A stretch of DNA of 64,000 nucleotides, from positions 328,802 through 392,801 of the forward strand of contig CAVRYO010000008.1 in the NCBI GenBank assembly GCA_963725485.1, given 5' to 3'. This DNA comes from Pirellulales bacterium. GTDB taxonomy: Bacteria > Planctomycetota > Planctomycetia > Pirellulales > DATAWG01. The notes below the pieces were generated by a model. The model ran no database searches. It was not told where the DNA came from and saw only the letters and a program-made list of their open reading frames with translations. Position 1 is the first letter of the stretch; each line of letters opens with the position of its first letter. The position numbers and the translations under genes were made by a program. Below, in pieces: positions 30,701 through 41,062 of this stretch.

Positions 30701-32352
30701 GGGGGATTGGTCACCTGCGCAAACAACTGCTTGAAATAGTTGTACAGCAACTGGGGGCGCTCCGAGAGCACGGCCAGCGGCGTGTCGTTGCCCATCGAAC
30801 CGACCGGCTCGGCGCCGTCGGCCGCCATCGGAGCGAGGATGATCCGCAGGTCTTCCAGTGTGTAGCCGAACGTGCGCTGCAGCTTCACCAGCGGCTCGAC
30901 GAGATGGCCGTTGATACCGCCGATCTCAGGCAAATCTTCGAGCTTGACCTGATGCTCGCGGATCCATTGCCGATACGGGCTGCGCGAAGCGAGCGCGTGC
31001 TTGATTTCGTCGTCGGCGATGATCCGGCCCTGGGCCGTGTCGATGAGGAACATCCGCCCGGGACGAAGCCGGCCTTTGTATTCGACATCTTCCGGCGGCA
31101 CTTCCAACACGCCCGCCTCGGAGGCCATCACGACGTGACCATTCTTCGTCACCCAATAGCGGCTGGGACGAAGCCCATTGCGATCCAAGCAAGCGCCGAT
31201 CACGGCGCCGTCGGTGAAGGCCATCGACGCCGGGCCGTCCCAGGGCTCCAGCAAGCAGGCCTGATATTCGTAGTACGCCTTGATATCGTCCGGCATGCTT
31301 TCGTGGCCGGACCACGGCTCGGGAATCAACATCGACATCGCTTCGGGCAAGCTGCGGCCGGTGAGGACCAGCAATTCCAAGGCATTGTCGAAGATGGCCG
31401 AGTCGCTGGCGCCTGGCGTGCAAATCGGAAAGATTTTCTTCAGGTCGGGACCATATATTTCGCTGGCGAACATCCCTTCGCGGGCATGCATCCAATTCAC
31501 GTTGCCGCGCAGCGTGTTGATTTCGCCGTTATGCGCCAGGTAGCGGAACGGGTGGGCCAGGTCCCACGTCGGGAACGTGTTCGTGCTATAGCGCTGATGG
31601 ACCAGCGCCAGCGCCGAGACATAATTCGCATCGGTCAGATCGGAATAGAAATGTTCCATCTGATCCGGCAGCATCAAACCCTTGTAGACCAGCACGCGCG
31701 TCGAGAGGCTCGGTATATAGAAATACTTGCGCTCGGTCATCACGCTCTTGCGGACTTCGTTTTCCATCCGCTTGCGGATCACGTAGAGCTTCCATTCGAG
31801 CATCTCGCGCGGCGTGTCGGTTCCGCGGGCAATGAAGATCTGGCGAATCGCCGGCTCGACACTGCGAGCCAGCCAGCCGAGCGCCTGGTTTTCGACCGGC
31901 AAGTCGCGCCAACCGATCAGACGCTGCCCTTCCTCGGCGACGATCGCCTCGAGCCGCTGCTCGCAAATCCGCCGCTGCACTTCGTCGCGCGGCAAGAAGA
32001 CATTGCCGGCGCCATAGTCGCCGGTGTCGGGAAGGCTAAAACCAAGATCGGCCGCTTTCGCTTGCAGGAAATCGTGGGGCAATTGCGTGAGGATACCGCA
32101 GCCGTCGCCGGTGAGCGGATCGCAACCGCAAGCGCCGCGGTGACTGAGGTTGATTAGAATCTCGAGTCCCCAGCGCAGCACCTCGTGACTTTTCTCGCCT
32201 TGGATGTTGACGACGAACCCGACGCCGCACGCATCGTGCTCGTTGGCCGGGTCGTACAGGCCGCCATGATGTTCGGCGTCGCGCTCGTCGCCGGGCAGAG
32301 CGTGTCGTCCGTCGAGCTCGTCCCGGCGGTTGCTTCGATCGTGTTTCCGCAT
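27697..32352 (-). CDS. gltB: Glutamate synthase large subunit
   Basis: 1551 aa, uninterrupted. N-terminal amidotransferase Cys ([10 protein letters not shown]), central FMN/Fe-S region ([12 protein letters not shown]) and C-terminal GXGXG domain ([12 protein letters not shown]). Confidence 0.95.
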   Translation of the reverse strand: MRKHDRSNRRDELDGRHALPGDERDAEHHGGLYDPANEHDACGVGFVVNIQGEKSHEVLRWGLEILINLSHRGACGCDPLTGDGCGILTQLPHDFLQAKAADLGFSLPDTGDYGAGNVFLPRDEVQRRICEQRLEAIVAEEGQRLIGWRDLPVENQALGWLARSVEPAIRQIFIARGTDTPREMLEWKLYVIRKRMENEVRKSVMTERKYFYIPSLSTRVLVYKGLMLPDQMEHFYSDLTDANYVSALALVHQRYSTNTFPTWDLAHPFRYLAHNGEINTLRGNVNWMHAREGMFASEIYGPDLKKIFPICTPGASDSAIFDNALELLVLTGRSLPEAMSMLIPEPWSGHESMPDDIKAYYEYQACLLEPWDGPASMAFTDGAVIGACLDRNGLRPSRYWVTKNGHVVMASEAGVLEVPPEDVEYKGRLRPGRMFLIDTAQGRIIADDEIKHALASRSPYRQWIREHQVKLEDLPEIGGINGHLVEPLVKLQRTFGYTLEDLRIILAPMAADGAEPVGSMGNDTPLAVLSERPQLLYNYFKQLFAQVTNPPLDGIREEIITSLITTIGSEGNLLEETPDQCGLLRLASPILTNQELAQIKQIDRPRLHSQTLSILFSRAEGAEGLRRRLNELRREASQAIQDGATILVLSDRGVNAERVPIPALLATSTVHHHLILEETRTRCGIVVETGEAREVHHFALLAAYGAGAVNPYLAFATLDALAADGYLPATLTTKQMYKHYSKAAAKGIMKVASKMGISTLQSYRGAQIFEAIGLSTQFVEEYFTRTASRIEGIGLEGIAEESLRRHEHAYPRFAIGDTLDLDVGGQYQWRRKGEAHMLSPDVVAKLQHATQINSRAEFKTFCRLIDEQNTRLLTLRGLLEFKWADTPVPLNEVESAAEIVKRFATGAMSYGSISKEAHETLAIAMNRIGGKSNTGEGGEDPARYVRDPNGDFRASAIKQVASGRFGVTSEYLVSAQELQIKMAQGAKPGEGGQLPGHKVDKEIARIRHSTPGVGLISPPPHHDIYSIEDLAQLIHDLKNANSKARISVKLVAEVGVGTVAAGVSKGKSDVVLISGHDGGTGASPQTSIKHAGLPWELGLAETHQVLVKNDLRSRIVVQTDGMIRTAKDVAIATLLGAEEWGIATGALVTIGCIMMRKCHLNTCPVGIATQDPELRKKFTGKPEYAVNFFFLLAEELREVMAGLGFRTINEMVGRVDRLDTRAAIDHWKASGLDFSKILFKPEAPPNVKTYCSQSQDHGLERSLDVAELLPGCQAALEHQTPVVLDLPIRNVNRTVGTILSSEVTRRYGARGFDREDTIQLNFKGSAGQSLFAFGVHGITVRVEGDVNDYLGKGLSGGRIIVYPPREASFKPEENIIAGNVVLYGATAGEVFLRGIAGERFCVRNSGAHAVVEGVGDHGCEYMTGGRAIILGETGRNFAAGMSGGMAFVLDEVGKFTPRVNREMVALEEPTAEDLEFVQTMVRRHVEYTGSSRGQHVLDQWDRLGGRFIKVMPIDYKRALAEMTRAAEATHENGTAAHSANGSTVLEKVGHG

Positions 32353-32522
32353 GTCGCTTGCCGTTGGATTTGAGTTTCAGACCGAGGGAATTCCGCACTG
32401 CCGCGTCGATTGCACCGAACTCCACCGCTGCTGCCACGCCTGTCGAAGACGATCCCCACCCCAAGAAAGTGCGGCGATCACCAACGCTTCGAATCACGCC
32501 GATCCTCCGGCGAGATATTCCA

Positions 32523-33530
32523 TCAGCTAGTTAGTGCCGCGTCGGCTCGCCCCGCCGCCAATAACCGCTGACCGCTTGCCGCCAGGGCGCTTCCGGCAGA
32601 CGACGGAGCTTCCAACTCTTCTGGTTCATGTAACTCGGCGATAGGCTTGCGTCCGTCGCTGGACAACGATTCCATGAACCGCCGGACAGTCACGCCCAAA
32701 TCTTTTCCGCGCCGATACAAAATTCCCAGTGGTCGAACCAATTCGATGCCGCTCAGGGGCACCACCGCCAACGTTCCAACCTCGACTTCGCGCAGCACGG
32801 TCGGCTCGGGCAACAGACCAACACCGGCGTCGATCTCAATGGCCCGTTTGATCGTTTCGATATTGTCGAATTCCATGACGACGCGCACCTCGACGTTGTG
32901 CAGATTCAGCACACGGTCGATTTCGCGGCGGATGGTCAGATCGGCGTCGAAACCGATGACGGCCGCGCCGGCGAGCTCCTCGAGCGCGACGCTGCCCCGG
33001 TGCGCGAAACGATGCCCCGGCGCGCACACCAGCACCATCGGCTCTTCTCGCCACAGCGTGGCTTTGATCGTGCGCGAGCTCTTCGGGTAGCTGACCAGGC
33101 CCAAGTCGGCCTGATCGCTTTCCACGGCCTCGTAGACTCGATGCGGATGCAAGTATTCCAACCGCACGTTGGCCTTGGGATAGTGGCTGAGAAAATCTTG
33201 CAAGTACCGGTTCATGTGGTGCAAGCCGACCGAGTAGATCGATGCCACGCGAACCCGTCCGGCCACTTCGTCATGCAGCGTGCGGACTTCTTCTTCGAGC
33301 GCGTCGTAGCGCTCCAGCAGCTTGTGGCAGCCTTCGTAGTAGACTTCGCCTTCTGGCGTGAGTGTGAAGGGCCGCTTTGATCGATCGACGAGTTTCACTC
33401 CCAAGCGCCGTTCCAATTGATGCACGACCTGGCTGGCGCCCGATTGTGAAATGCCATTGTCGTCTGCCGTGCGCGAAAAGCTGCGTCGGTAGACGACATC
33501 GCAGAAGATTTTTAAGGCTTTAAGATGCAT
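32523..33530 (-). CDS. LysR-family transcriptional regulator
   Basis: MHLKALKIFCDVVYRRSFSRTADDNGISQSGASQVVHQLERRLGVKLVDR is the HTH region, followed by a LysR substrate domain. ATG 33530 is preferred over TTG 33536. Confidence 0.85.
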   Translation of the reverse strand: MHLKALKIFCDVVYRRSFSRTADDNGISQSGASQVVHQLERRLGVKLVDRSKRPFTLTPEGEVYYEGCHKLLERYDALEEEVRTLHDEVAGRVRVASIYSVGLHHMNRYLQDFLSHYPKANVRLEYLHPHRVYEAVESDQADLGLVSYPKSSRTIKATLWREEPMVLVCAPGHRFAHRGSVALEELAGAAVIGFDADLTIRREIDRVLNLHNVEVRVVMEFDNIETIKRAIEIDAGVGLLPEPTVLREVEVGTLAVVPLSGIELVRPLGILYRRGKDLGVTVRRFMESLSSDGRKPIAELHEPEELEAPSSAGSALAASGQRLLAAGRADAALTS

Positions 33531-34149
33531 GGACAAACTGACCCCTTGCCGGCCCGCAACAAAGCGCGCCGAGGATAAGTAAATGGTGCCGCAGCGGAAT
33601 CAGGAATACAAATACAATGAAACCGTAACATTTATGCGAGCGATACTAGATTATTCGGTGATACCACCGCCGTCAAGCAGAAGGCGGGGAAAAACGCGAA
33701 ATCCGGTACGCGCGCTGCCGCAACTGCCGGCGACCGCGGGAGCAGGGAGGATAACCCTCTGAGGGGAAAAGGATTACGCCGCGTCTAGTTGCAAAAGGCA
33801 CCGGCACAATTGCTTGAAAAGACTGCTCGTCCGCAACGTGCGATGCAGGATTCCAGAACTTTCATGCAAATTAAGGTGGTCCGGGTTCCTAGCATTAAGC
33901 AAGCCTGCCGCCGACAGGGGCACGGCACCCGCGGGTCGTGCTTAATTCTGTGGCAGACGCTTTCGCCGCGTTAAGTTTTTCGGATTCGGCATCTGGCGTT
34001 AATCGAGTGCGCCCTTATACTTGGCTCTCATTGAGAAGGGCTGCTGGAGACAGGCGGCATGAAACTTGCCTCGCTGATACTTCCTCGATTTTTGTCCCCT
34101 CCGCGGGTCATATCTTTTTCTTTCCTCTCGATAGGGCGGGTGATTACAC

Positions 34150-36333
34150 ATGAGTGGCAGCACAGCGCGTCAGGAAGCGATCTCGGCCGTAACCCATTAC
34201 AAGCCCATCTCTCCGCCGATGAATTTCTCCGAAGCTCCGTCCGGCGAGCTGTTCGGTGAAAACGTGTTCGGGCTGGCCGAAATGGAAAAGCGGCTCCCGA
34301 AGCTGGCCTACAAGTCGCTGAAACGGACGATCGAACGGGGCGAAAAGCTCGATATCTCGTTGGCCGACCAGGTGGCCAGCGCCATGAAGGCCTGGGCCAT
34401 CGAAAAGGGTGCCACCCACTATGCTCACGTCTTCTTCCCGCTGACCGGCCTCACTGCCGAAAAACACGACAGCTTCTTGTCTCCCGACGGACACGGCGGT
34501 GCCGTGTTTGAATTCTCGGGCAAGGCCCTGATCCAAGGCGAGCCCGACGCGTCGAGTTTCCCGTCGGGCGGGATCCGGGCCACGTTCGAAGCGCGCGGCT
34601 ATACCGCTTGGGATGTGACTAGCCCGGCATACATTTTGGAGAATCCCAACGGCACCACGCTGTGCATCCCGACCGCCTTTGTTTCTTGGACTGGCGAAGC
34701 GCTGGACAAGAAAACCCCCGTGCTACGGTCGATGCAGGCCCTGAACACTCAAGCCCAACGGATTCTGAAACTGTTCGGCCACGCCGATGGGGCCCAGGTC
34801 GTGGCGACCGCCGGTCCGGAGCAGGAATATTTCCTCATCGATCGGCATTTTTTCTTCGCCCGGCCCGACCTGCTGACCGCCGGCCGGACGTTGTTCGGCG
34901 CCAAGCCCCCCAAGGGCCAGGAGTTCGAGGATCATTACTTCGGCGCGATTCCCGAGCGCGTGCTGGCGTTCATGCTGGAATCGGAGCGCGAGCTGTTCAA
35001 GCTCGGCATTCCGATCAAGACACGGCACAACGAAGTGGCACCGGCTCAATACGAAATCGCGCCGGTTTTCGAAAACGCGAATTTGGCGACCGATCACCAG
35101 CAGTTGACGATGATCACGCTGCGCCGCGTGGCTGAGAAATACGGCATGTCGTGCTTGACGCACGAAAAGCCGTTTGCCGGCGTCAATGGCTCGGGCAAGC
35201 ACGTGAACTTTTCGCTCGGCAGTTCCAGCCAGGGCAACCTGCTCGATCCAGGGGACACGCCGCATGCGAACATGCAATTCCTCGTGTTCTGCGCGGCGGT
35301 GATCCGCGCGGTCCACAAATATTCCGCCTTGCTGCGAGCGGTCGTGGCCCATGCGGGCAACGATCACCGCTTGGGAGCGAACGAAGCTCCGCCGGCGATC
35401 ATTTCGATTTTCCTGGGCGAGCAGTTGGCCGACATTTTCGATCAGATCAAGGCCGGCGGCGCGAAGTCGTCGAAGACCAAGGGCACGATGACCGTCGGCG
35501 TGGATATCCTGCCGCCGATGCCGAAAGACGCCGGCGACCGGAACCGCACCAGTCCGTTCGCCTTCACCGGCAACCGATTCGAGTTCCGGGCGGTCGGTTC
35601 CAACCAGTCGATCGCCGGCCCGTTGGTGGCGATGAACACGATCGTGGCCGAGTCGCTCGACCATATTGCCACCGAATTGGAAAAAGCGACCGGAGGGAAT
35701 GCGACGAAACTGCCCGGCGCCGTGCAAACGGTTCTGAAAGACATCATCGATAAGCATGGCGCCGTGATTTACAACGGCGACGGTTATACCGATGCCTGGC
35801 ATCAAGAGGCCGAGAAGCGCGGCTTGCCGAACTTCAAGACCACGGTCGACGCCCTGCCTGTGCTTGGCACGGCTGAAGTGATCGATTTGTTCGAGAAGTA
35901 TCATGTTCTCAGCAAGCGCGAGACGCTGAGCCGCTTGGACATTTATCTCGAGCAATACGTCAAGACCGTAAAGGTCGAGAGCAAGTTGGTCGTCGAGATG
36001 TCGAAGACCATGATTTTCCCGGCCGCGATCCGTTACCAGAGCGAGCTGGCCACGACCTGCGCCAACCTGAAGGCCGTGGGGTACAAGTTCGACACCAATA
36101 CGTTGGATAAGGTGACGGAACTGGTCAAGAATCTACAGGACAGCACCGCCGAGCTGGAAAAGACCATGGAACATCACGGCGGCGACAGCTTGCTGGAAGA
36201 GGCAAAGTATTACTGCCACAAGATCGTGCCGGCCATGATGACGGTCCGCAAATCGACCGACGAACTGGAAGGCATCGTGGCCGACGACCTCTGGCCACTG
36301 CCGACGTATCAAGAAATGTTGTTCATCAAGTAG
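34150..36333 (+). CDS. glnN: Glutamine synthetase type III
   Basis: 727 aa, uninterrupted. Length and layout are typical of GS-III (N-terminal [20 protein letters not shown], catalytic core ...[13 protein letters not shown]...). Confidence 0.85.
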   Translation: MSGSTARQEAISAVTHYKPISPPMNFSEAPSGELFGENVFGLAEMEKRLPKLAYKSLKRTIERGEKLDISLADQVASAMKAWAIEKGATHYAHVFFPLTGLTAEKHDSFLSPDGHGGAVFEFSGKALIQGEPDASSFPSGGIRATFEARGYTAWDVTSPAYILENPNGTTLCIPTAFVSWTGEALDKKTPVLRSMQALNTQAQRILKLFGHADGAQVVATAGPEQEYFLIDRHFFFARPDLLTAGRTLFGAKPPKGQEFEDHYFGAIPERVLAFMLESERELFKLGIPIKTRHNEVAPAQYEIAPVFENANLATDHQQLTMITLRRVAEKYGMSCLTHEKPFAGVNGSGKHVNFSLGSSSQGNLLDPGDTPHANMQFLVFCAAVIRAVHKYSALLRAVVAHAGNDHRLGANEAPPAIISIFLGEQLADIFDQIKAGGAKSSKTKGTMTVGVDILPPMPKDAGDRNRTSPFAFTGNRFEFRAVGSNQSIAGPLVAMNTIVAESLDHIATELEKATGGNATKLPGAVQTVLKDIIDKHGAVIYNGDGYTDAWHQEAEKRGLPNFKTTVDALPVLGTAEVIDLFEKYHVLSKRETLSRLDIYLEQYVKTVKVESKLVVEMSKTMIFPAAIRYQSELATTCANLKAVGYKFDTNTLDKVTELVKNLQDSTAELEKTMEHHGGDSLLEEAKYYCHKIVPAMMTVRKSTDELEGIVADDLWPLPTYQEMLFIK

Positions 36334-36359
36334 AACACCACCATTTTCGGTTACCAACG

Positions 36360-36400
36360 CGCACGCCGTCTCGAATTTCCGAGCCGGCGTGCGTTTTTTT
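36360..36400 (+). terminator. Rho-independent terminator after glnN
   Basis: CGCACGCCG (36360-36368) pairs with CGGCGTGCG (36385-36393), with inner CTCG/CGAG pairs, followed by T7 (36394-36400). Confidence 0.75.
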
Positions 36401-36451
36401 GTTCACGCGGTGATGTCGCCCCGATCACTCGCAGATGCGAATCACTGTTTG

Positions 36452-37390
36452 TCACCAGCCAAAAAAATCCGTTCCGTGGACGAGCGACGCTCCAACGTGA
36501 GCCTGTCACGGCGGTGAACAAAACTCCCGCGGCTAGAAGCATTTGGAAGAGCCGGCTTCTCTCGCCTCGGCGCTCATCCAGATGGCAGCAAACGGCGACA
36601 ACGATAATCCATACGGCAGTCGCAGAACCCAACCAACGATGGACGTTTAGAAGTGGTGATCCGGCTCCGTTTCCCGCGGCAGCGAATAGCCAACCGAGTG
36701 CCGCGGTCGGAAGTGCGGTCATGGCCGCCAGTCGCACGCAGAAGCCTACCGCCGGCGAACAGGCTGACGACCACCGCCGGGCCGCTTGAAGTTCGCCAAC
36801 AGCTGCGGCAATCATCAGTGCAATCGGGAAATGGATCGCCAGCAGATGGAATCGGCCGAACCAACGCAAGTCGCGTCGAACGCTGTGGGTCTGCGCGGGC
36901 GTTGCCTCAACCGACTCTTCGCCGACGACAACCGCCCGCGATCTAATGGATGGCTCAACGCGATCGAGTTGGCCGTGCCGACTCGATTCCAGCGATAATT
37001 CCGTCCGGACATCGTGCGCTCCGCTGGCGATCCAGTCCCGAACGATGCTCTTTTCCGCGTCGCTGAGCGGGCCGTGCGGGGCATCCGGAGGCGGCATTTC
37101 ACCTCGCTTCACAAGAATCCAAAGCTCGGACTCGTCGGGGCTCGACGGAATGACCATCTCCGGATTTTCCGCGATCCGGCGCAAGTCGAGCACATAGCCG
37201 AAACGTCCCTTGGGTCTCGCCAGATCCGGGCCGTGGCAGATGCTGCACTTGGCCGCGAACAGGCGGCGGACTGCGCGCGCGTTGTCAATGGTCGAGGAAA
37301 GTGCCGCGGGCACGAGCGAATCGGCCTGCGCCACTCGCTATCGAGCGCGATCACGGCCACTAAAACGCCAATCGCAAGCGAATATCTCAT
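36452..37390 (-). pseudogene. Planctomycete cytochrome-c (PSCyt1) domain + DUF2231-like membrane protein, two frameshifts
   Basis: ATG 37390 (GGAGGAG RBS) gives MRYSLAIGVLVAVIAL. A shift near 37330-37340 leads to ...FAAKCSICHGPD...GEMPPP and then the TM region. A shift near 36498-36506 gives AHVGASLVHGTDFFGW-stop (36452) instead of the extended 327-aa ORF tail. Confidence 0.65.
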
Positions 37391-37492
37391 CGGACCCTCC
37401 TCCCGAGAGTGCTGCGCAATGCCAGACCGGGCGCGCAGTGAAAGTATCGAAGGCAATTTGAACCAAGATGCCGCCGTGCGATCCGCTGCGGC

Positions 37493-38469
37493 TCATGCGA
37501 GCGTGGAATCGATGATCGCGAGCGAGCCTTTTCCCTCGATGTGGGAAACTTGGGTCAAGCCGAGATTGCGCTTGAGCATTTCAGCCGCGAGATCGCGAAT
37601 CGGACCGGGCGTTCCCTGGCCCGGCTTGTTTTGCGGAAACGCGGTCGATCGGGCGGAATGGAATGCCACGTTTCCTTCCACTTTCTGCAGGATCTGGTGG
37701 ATATGGCCGTTAAGAACGGTCAGAGAACCGAACCGTTTGAGAATGTCGAGAGCTTGCTCGGAATCGCGGGTGCCCCAGCCCCATTTCTCGTACACCATCC
37801 ATAACGGGACGTGCGCGAAGACGACGATCGGCGTACTGTCTTTCAGTCCGGCCACGTCGTCCTTGAGCCACTGGAGCTGATCCTGACCGATCACGCCGAG
37901 GCCGCCATCGCCGCTGCCTGATTTCGAGCTAGCCACGTTCACCAATCCAACAAAATGAGTTCCCTTGTAGTCGAAGCTCTGCCATCCGCGCCGCGCGTGT
38001 TCTTTCCATAACGCTTCAAGTATTCGCGATTGCCATCCACTTCGAAATCGTGCTCGCCCGGAACATAGAACACCTTTCCGGTTTCGGTTTTGACTTCGTT
38101 GAGGATTTCGGCAACCGTGTCAAACTGATCCGGCTTGGCCAGATGCGTGATATCCCCGGTGTGCAAGATGAACGCCGGCGGCTCGGGCAGCGCGTTGATG
38201 CGGGCCACAGTCAGCTTTAGCGTGGCCGCTACATCTTTGTTCGGATCCCGGGCGAAACCGAGATGACTATCGCTGATTTGCACGAACGAAAATTTGGGCT
38301 TCGCGGTTGCAGCTTCGTTTTGACCCAACAAGCGCGAGGAGGCTATCCCACCGGCGACTCCAAAGACCGCGCCCGTGCCGACCCAGGCCATGCACTTGAG
38401 CATGCCTCGCCGGTCGATTCCGTCAGTGCTGGGTAGGGCGTTCGCCGCGATGTCCTGGGCGTTTCGCAT
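37493..38469 (-). pseudogene. Calcineurin-like metallophosphoesterase with a TAT-type signal, frameshift near 37983-37995
   Basis: RRGMLKCMAWVGTGAVFG; SDSHLG, HTGDITH, VPGEHD | GTHFVGL, FAHVPL, LNGHIH. Confidence 0.75.
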
Positions 38470-38599
38470 TTTCAGTTCCTTCAAAAGAGATAGTGAGAAA
38501 CAGTGGCCTGCGTCGACCGTCGTGAATTCATACCGCTCGTCGCGCAGGAAAATTCCCGACAAGATGAAAAATCTGGAATTCGACGGGAAGGTTTTTGCA

Positions 38600-38695
38600 G
38601 CCTTTACGAGAACCGCGGGGGATTGGCTCGTTGTGTGATGCCCTGTGAGCAAAATGTGCCTGTCCCCCCTCTCCGCGGACGGTTCTCGCATTAGC
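38600..38695. repeat. REPIN-like hairpin element, family B
   Basis: GCCTTTACGAGAACCGCGGGGGATTGGCTCGTTGTGTG...GCAAAATGTGCCTGTCCCCCCTC...GGTTCTCGCATTAGC. Confidence 0.8.
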
Positions 38696-38775
38696 AACAA
38701 AAAAGGGTCCGGCGGGATCGATCTTGATCCGCCGGACCTATTGCCTGATCGACGCTTGATGACAGCGGCGAGGTC

Positions 38776-39180
38776 TCAGGGCACGCGCTGTAGTGTCTTG
38801 CCGTCGAAAAAGTACCAGCGCTTGTCCGAATCGCTCCGATACCAACCGTTCGCATCGCTAGCTTTGATCGATCCAAGGTCATCCGCTGCAAACGAAATCA
38901 GTCCCTTGGCCGTGGAATAGTCCTGCCATTGGCCATCGTTCCAAACCAACAATTTGTTTTCTGGTGTCCAATACCACCAACGGTTGTTGTGATAGATGTA
39001 TCGCGAATCCGTGCCGACGATAACGATCTCTTTGCGCACCAGCGGCGCCGTCTGCTGGCTGCTCGACCAGTTCAGCTCCCCGTCCATCGGCCAACCCTCC
39101 TGTCGCTGGGCAAGCGCACGTTGGCCTGCGAAGAGAATTGAAGCGAGCGTTAGTGCGGTTCCTAAAATCATGCGTTTCAT
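38776..39180 (-). CDS. Hypothetical small secreted Trp-rich protein
   Basis: MKRMILGTALTLASILFAGQRALA signal, AAGGAGG RBS. Repeated W/Y-rich segments (NNRWWYWTPENKLLVWNDGQW; NGWYRSDSDKRWYFFDGKTL). Confidence 0.55.
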   Translation of the reverse strand: MKRMILGTALTLASILFAGQRALAQRQEGWPMDGELNWSSSQQTAPLVRKEIVIVGTDSRYIYHNNRWWYWTPENKLLVWNDGQWQDYSTAKGLISFAADDLGSIKASDANGWYRSDSDKRWYFFDGKTLQRVP

Positions 39181-39398
39181 ACGAAGTCCTCCTTTTAAGG
39201 ATCCGGGAGAGCAAGCCAAACGACCGTCGCACGGCATTTTTCTCCCGAAGTGCGTGTCCACTTGGGTCGCCGAGGCGCGGTGTTCTCGCCGGCACAAGCA
39301 ACCGTTGCCTCGGTCGAAGCGACCGTTTGCTCGGTCCCACCTAATCAGACTGCGCGCACCCCTCAGTTATTCCTGGACGATGAGGTTTTCGCCTCAGT

Positions 39399-39493
39399 GC
39401 CTAACCGAGAACCGTCGGGGACTGGCTCATTTTGTGATGCGCTGTGAGCAAAGTGTGCCTGTCCCGTTCTCCGCCGCCGGTTCTCGGATAGGC
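39399..39493. repeat. REPIN-like hairpin element, family B
   Basis: GCCTAACCGAGAACCGTCGGGGACTGGCTCATTTTGTG...GCAAAGTGTGCCTGTCCCG...CGGTTCTCGGATAGGC. Confidence 0.85.
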
Positions 39494-39601
39494 AGTAAGC
39501 AGTTCATTTTGCGCAATGCTTTTGCCCGTCCCGCGGAATAAAATGGCCACTGTGGTAGTCTTGAAGATTAGGAATGGAACTGCGCCCCCAGGGAAGACTC
39601 T

Positions 39602-40118
39602 GTGTCCGTGGACGAGCGAGTCGGCCGATTTGAGCAAGTGATCTTGCCGCATCTCGATGCCGCGTACAACTTGTCGCGCTGGCTGACGCGCAGCGATGCC
39701 GACGCGGAGGATGTTACCCAGGAGGCTTGCCTGCGCGCTGCGATTCTTCGGCAGTTTTCAAGGCGAAAGCGGCCGGGCTTGGCTGTTGGCGATCGTGCGA
39801 AACACCTGCAACACCTGGTTGGGACGAAATCGACCGCATGAATTGACCCTCTCGCAGCCGTTCGATGAAGCGCTGCACAGCGGCGACGGCGCGGAATTCG
39901 ATCCCGAGGCATCGGCCATGCGGCGCGCCGATGCGGAGCTCGTCCGCCAGGCGATCGAGGAATTGCCGCTGGAGTACCGCGAGGTCGTTGTCCTGCGCGA
40001 AATGGAAGGTCTGTCGTACAAGGAAATCGCCCAGGTGAGCGAAGTGCCGCTCGGAACTGTGATGTCGCGACTCGCCCGAGCCCGCGATCAGTTGCGCGAG
40101 CGATTTTTGCAAAGCTGA
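39602..40118 (+). pseudogene. ECF (sigma-70 group IV) sigma factor, frameshift near 39735-39742
   Basis: Region 2 DAEDVTQEACLRA | RFFGSFQGESGRAWLLAIVRNTC. Region 4 LPLEYREVVVLREMEGLSYKEIAQVSEVPLGTVMSRLARARDQL. Confidence 0.8.
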
Positions 40119-40134
40119 ATAAAGGAACTGAAAC

Positions 40135-40965
40135 GTGACGTGCGAAGAAATTCGCCCATGGATCCATCCCTACGTGGATGGCGAATTGGACCTGGTTCGC
40201 TCGCTCGAGGTCCAACGGCATCTCGATGCATGTCCCGCCTGCGCTCAAGCCCGCGATCGTGTTGAGGCGGTCCGCGGCGCGGTGCGCGATGCGGCGCCGC
40301 GGCACACGGCGCCGGCACAACTTGGCGGGCGGATTCGGTCCGCCTTGCGCGAGAGCCTGGAACTGCCCGGTGGTCCAAATGTCGTCGGCCGCACCACCCA
40401 CGGGGATTTCCCCGTTGCCGCTTCTGGCGGCGGCGTGCGAAGCATGCCGTGGCGATGGTTTACTATTGCGGCAGCGCTATTCGTCCTGGTGTCGTTGGCT
40501 GGCGCGTGGACGTTTCTCAATTCGCGCAATTCGGTGGGCGAATTCGTGGCTCAGGAAATTTTCACCAACCATGTCCGTTCCTTGTTAGCGGATCACCTGA
40601 TGGACGTCGCATCGACCGATCAGCACACCGTGAAACCGTGGTTCGCCGGCAAGCTGGATTTTTCGCCTCCCGTGGAGGATCTCGCAGACGCTGGGTTTGT
40701 CTTAAGCGGCGGCCGATTGGACGTGATTGGCGACGAGACCGTGGCGGTCTTGGTTTACCGGCGCCACAATCACGTGATCAATTTATTTGTCTGGCCCAAG
40801 ACCGCGGCACTGGCGGCTCCGTCAGCCGCGTCGACGCGAAACGGCTACCATCTGCGCTACTGGACGGGCCACGAGATGCAATTCGCGGCGGTTTCCGACT
40901 TGAACGAAACCGAGTTGCAGGAATTTATAAGAATCTTCAGCCAGCGATTGGCAGCTCAACGTTAA
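40135..40965 (+). CDS. Anti-sigma factor (zf-HC2 N-terminus, one TM, periplasmic domain)
   Basis: HLDACPACAQ zinc-finger motif, TM FTIAAALFVLVSLAGAW. It lies 16 nt after the sigma gene. GTG start. Confidence 0.75.
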   Translation: MTCEEIRPWIHPYVDGELDLVRSLEVQRHLDACPACAQARDRVEAVRGAVRDAAPRHTAPAQLGGRIRSALRESLELPGGPNVVGRTTHGDFPVAASGGGVRSMPWRWFTIAAALFVLVSLAGAWTFLNSRNSVGEFVAQEIFTNHVRSLLADHLMDVASTDQHTVKPWFAGKLDFSPPVEDLADAGFVLSGGRLDVIGDETVAVLVYRRHNHVINLFVWPKTAALAAPSAASTRNGYHLRYWTGHEMQFAAVSDLNETELQEFIRIFSQRLAAQR

Positions 40966-40970
40966 TGCGA

Positions 40971-40998
40971 TTGGCTTGCAAGCCAACTGCTGGTTTTT
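40971..40998 (+). terminator. Possible terminator after the anti-sigma gene
   Basis: Perfect 16-nt palindrome TTGGCTTGCAAGCCAA (40971-40986), then CTGCTGGTTTTT. Confidence 0.35.
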
Positions 40999-41062
40999 GG
41001 CCAAGCCGTGCATTCTGGTCGCGGCGCGGCGGCTGTTCAGGACGGTTCGAAATCGAGTCCGA

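Noticed and set aside
26625-32157. Very long plus-strand ORFs (401, 610, 494 and 542 aa) across 26.6-32.2 kb
   Set aside because: They lie antisense to gltD/gltB, whose translations carry unmistakable glutamate-synthase motifs. Their products are Arg/Ala/Gly-rich low-complexity sequence, typical of shadow ORFs in GC-rich DNA.
33797-33814. Sigma-54 promoter-like GGCAC...TTGC upstream of glnN
   Set aside because: The GG-to-GC spacing is 15 nt or 9 nt for the two possible GGCAC boxes. The required spacing of about 12 nt is not met.
34723-35955. 410-aa minus-strand ORF
   Set aside because: It is antisense to the intact type III glutamine synthetase gene. No recognisable motifs; a GC-driven shadow ORF.
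4471-39493. Could the repeated GGGGAC-containing elements be a CRISPR array?
   Set aside because: Copies are scattered over 35 kb in both orientations, are individually palindromic, and are not separated by regular short spacers. No cas genes are present.
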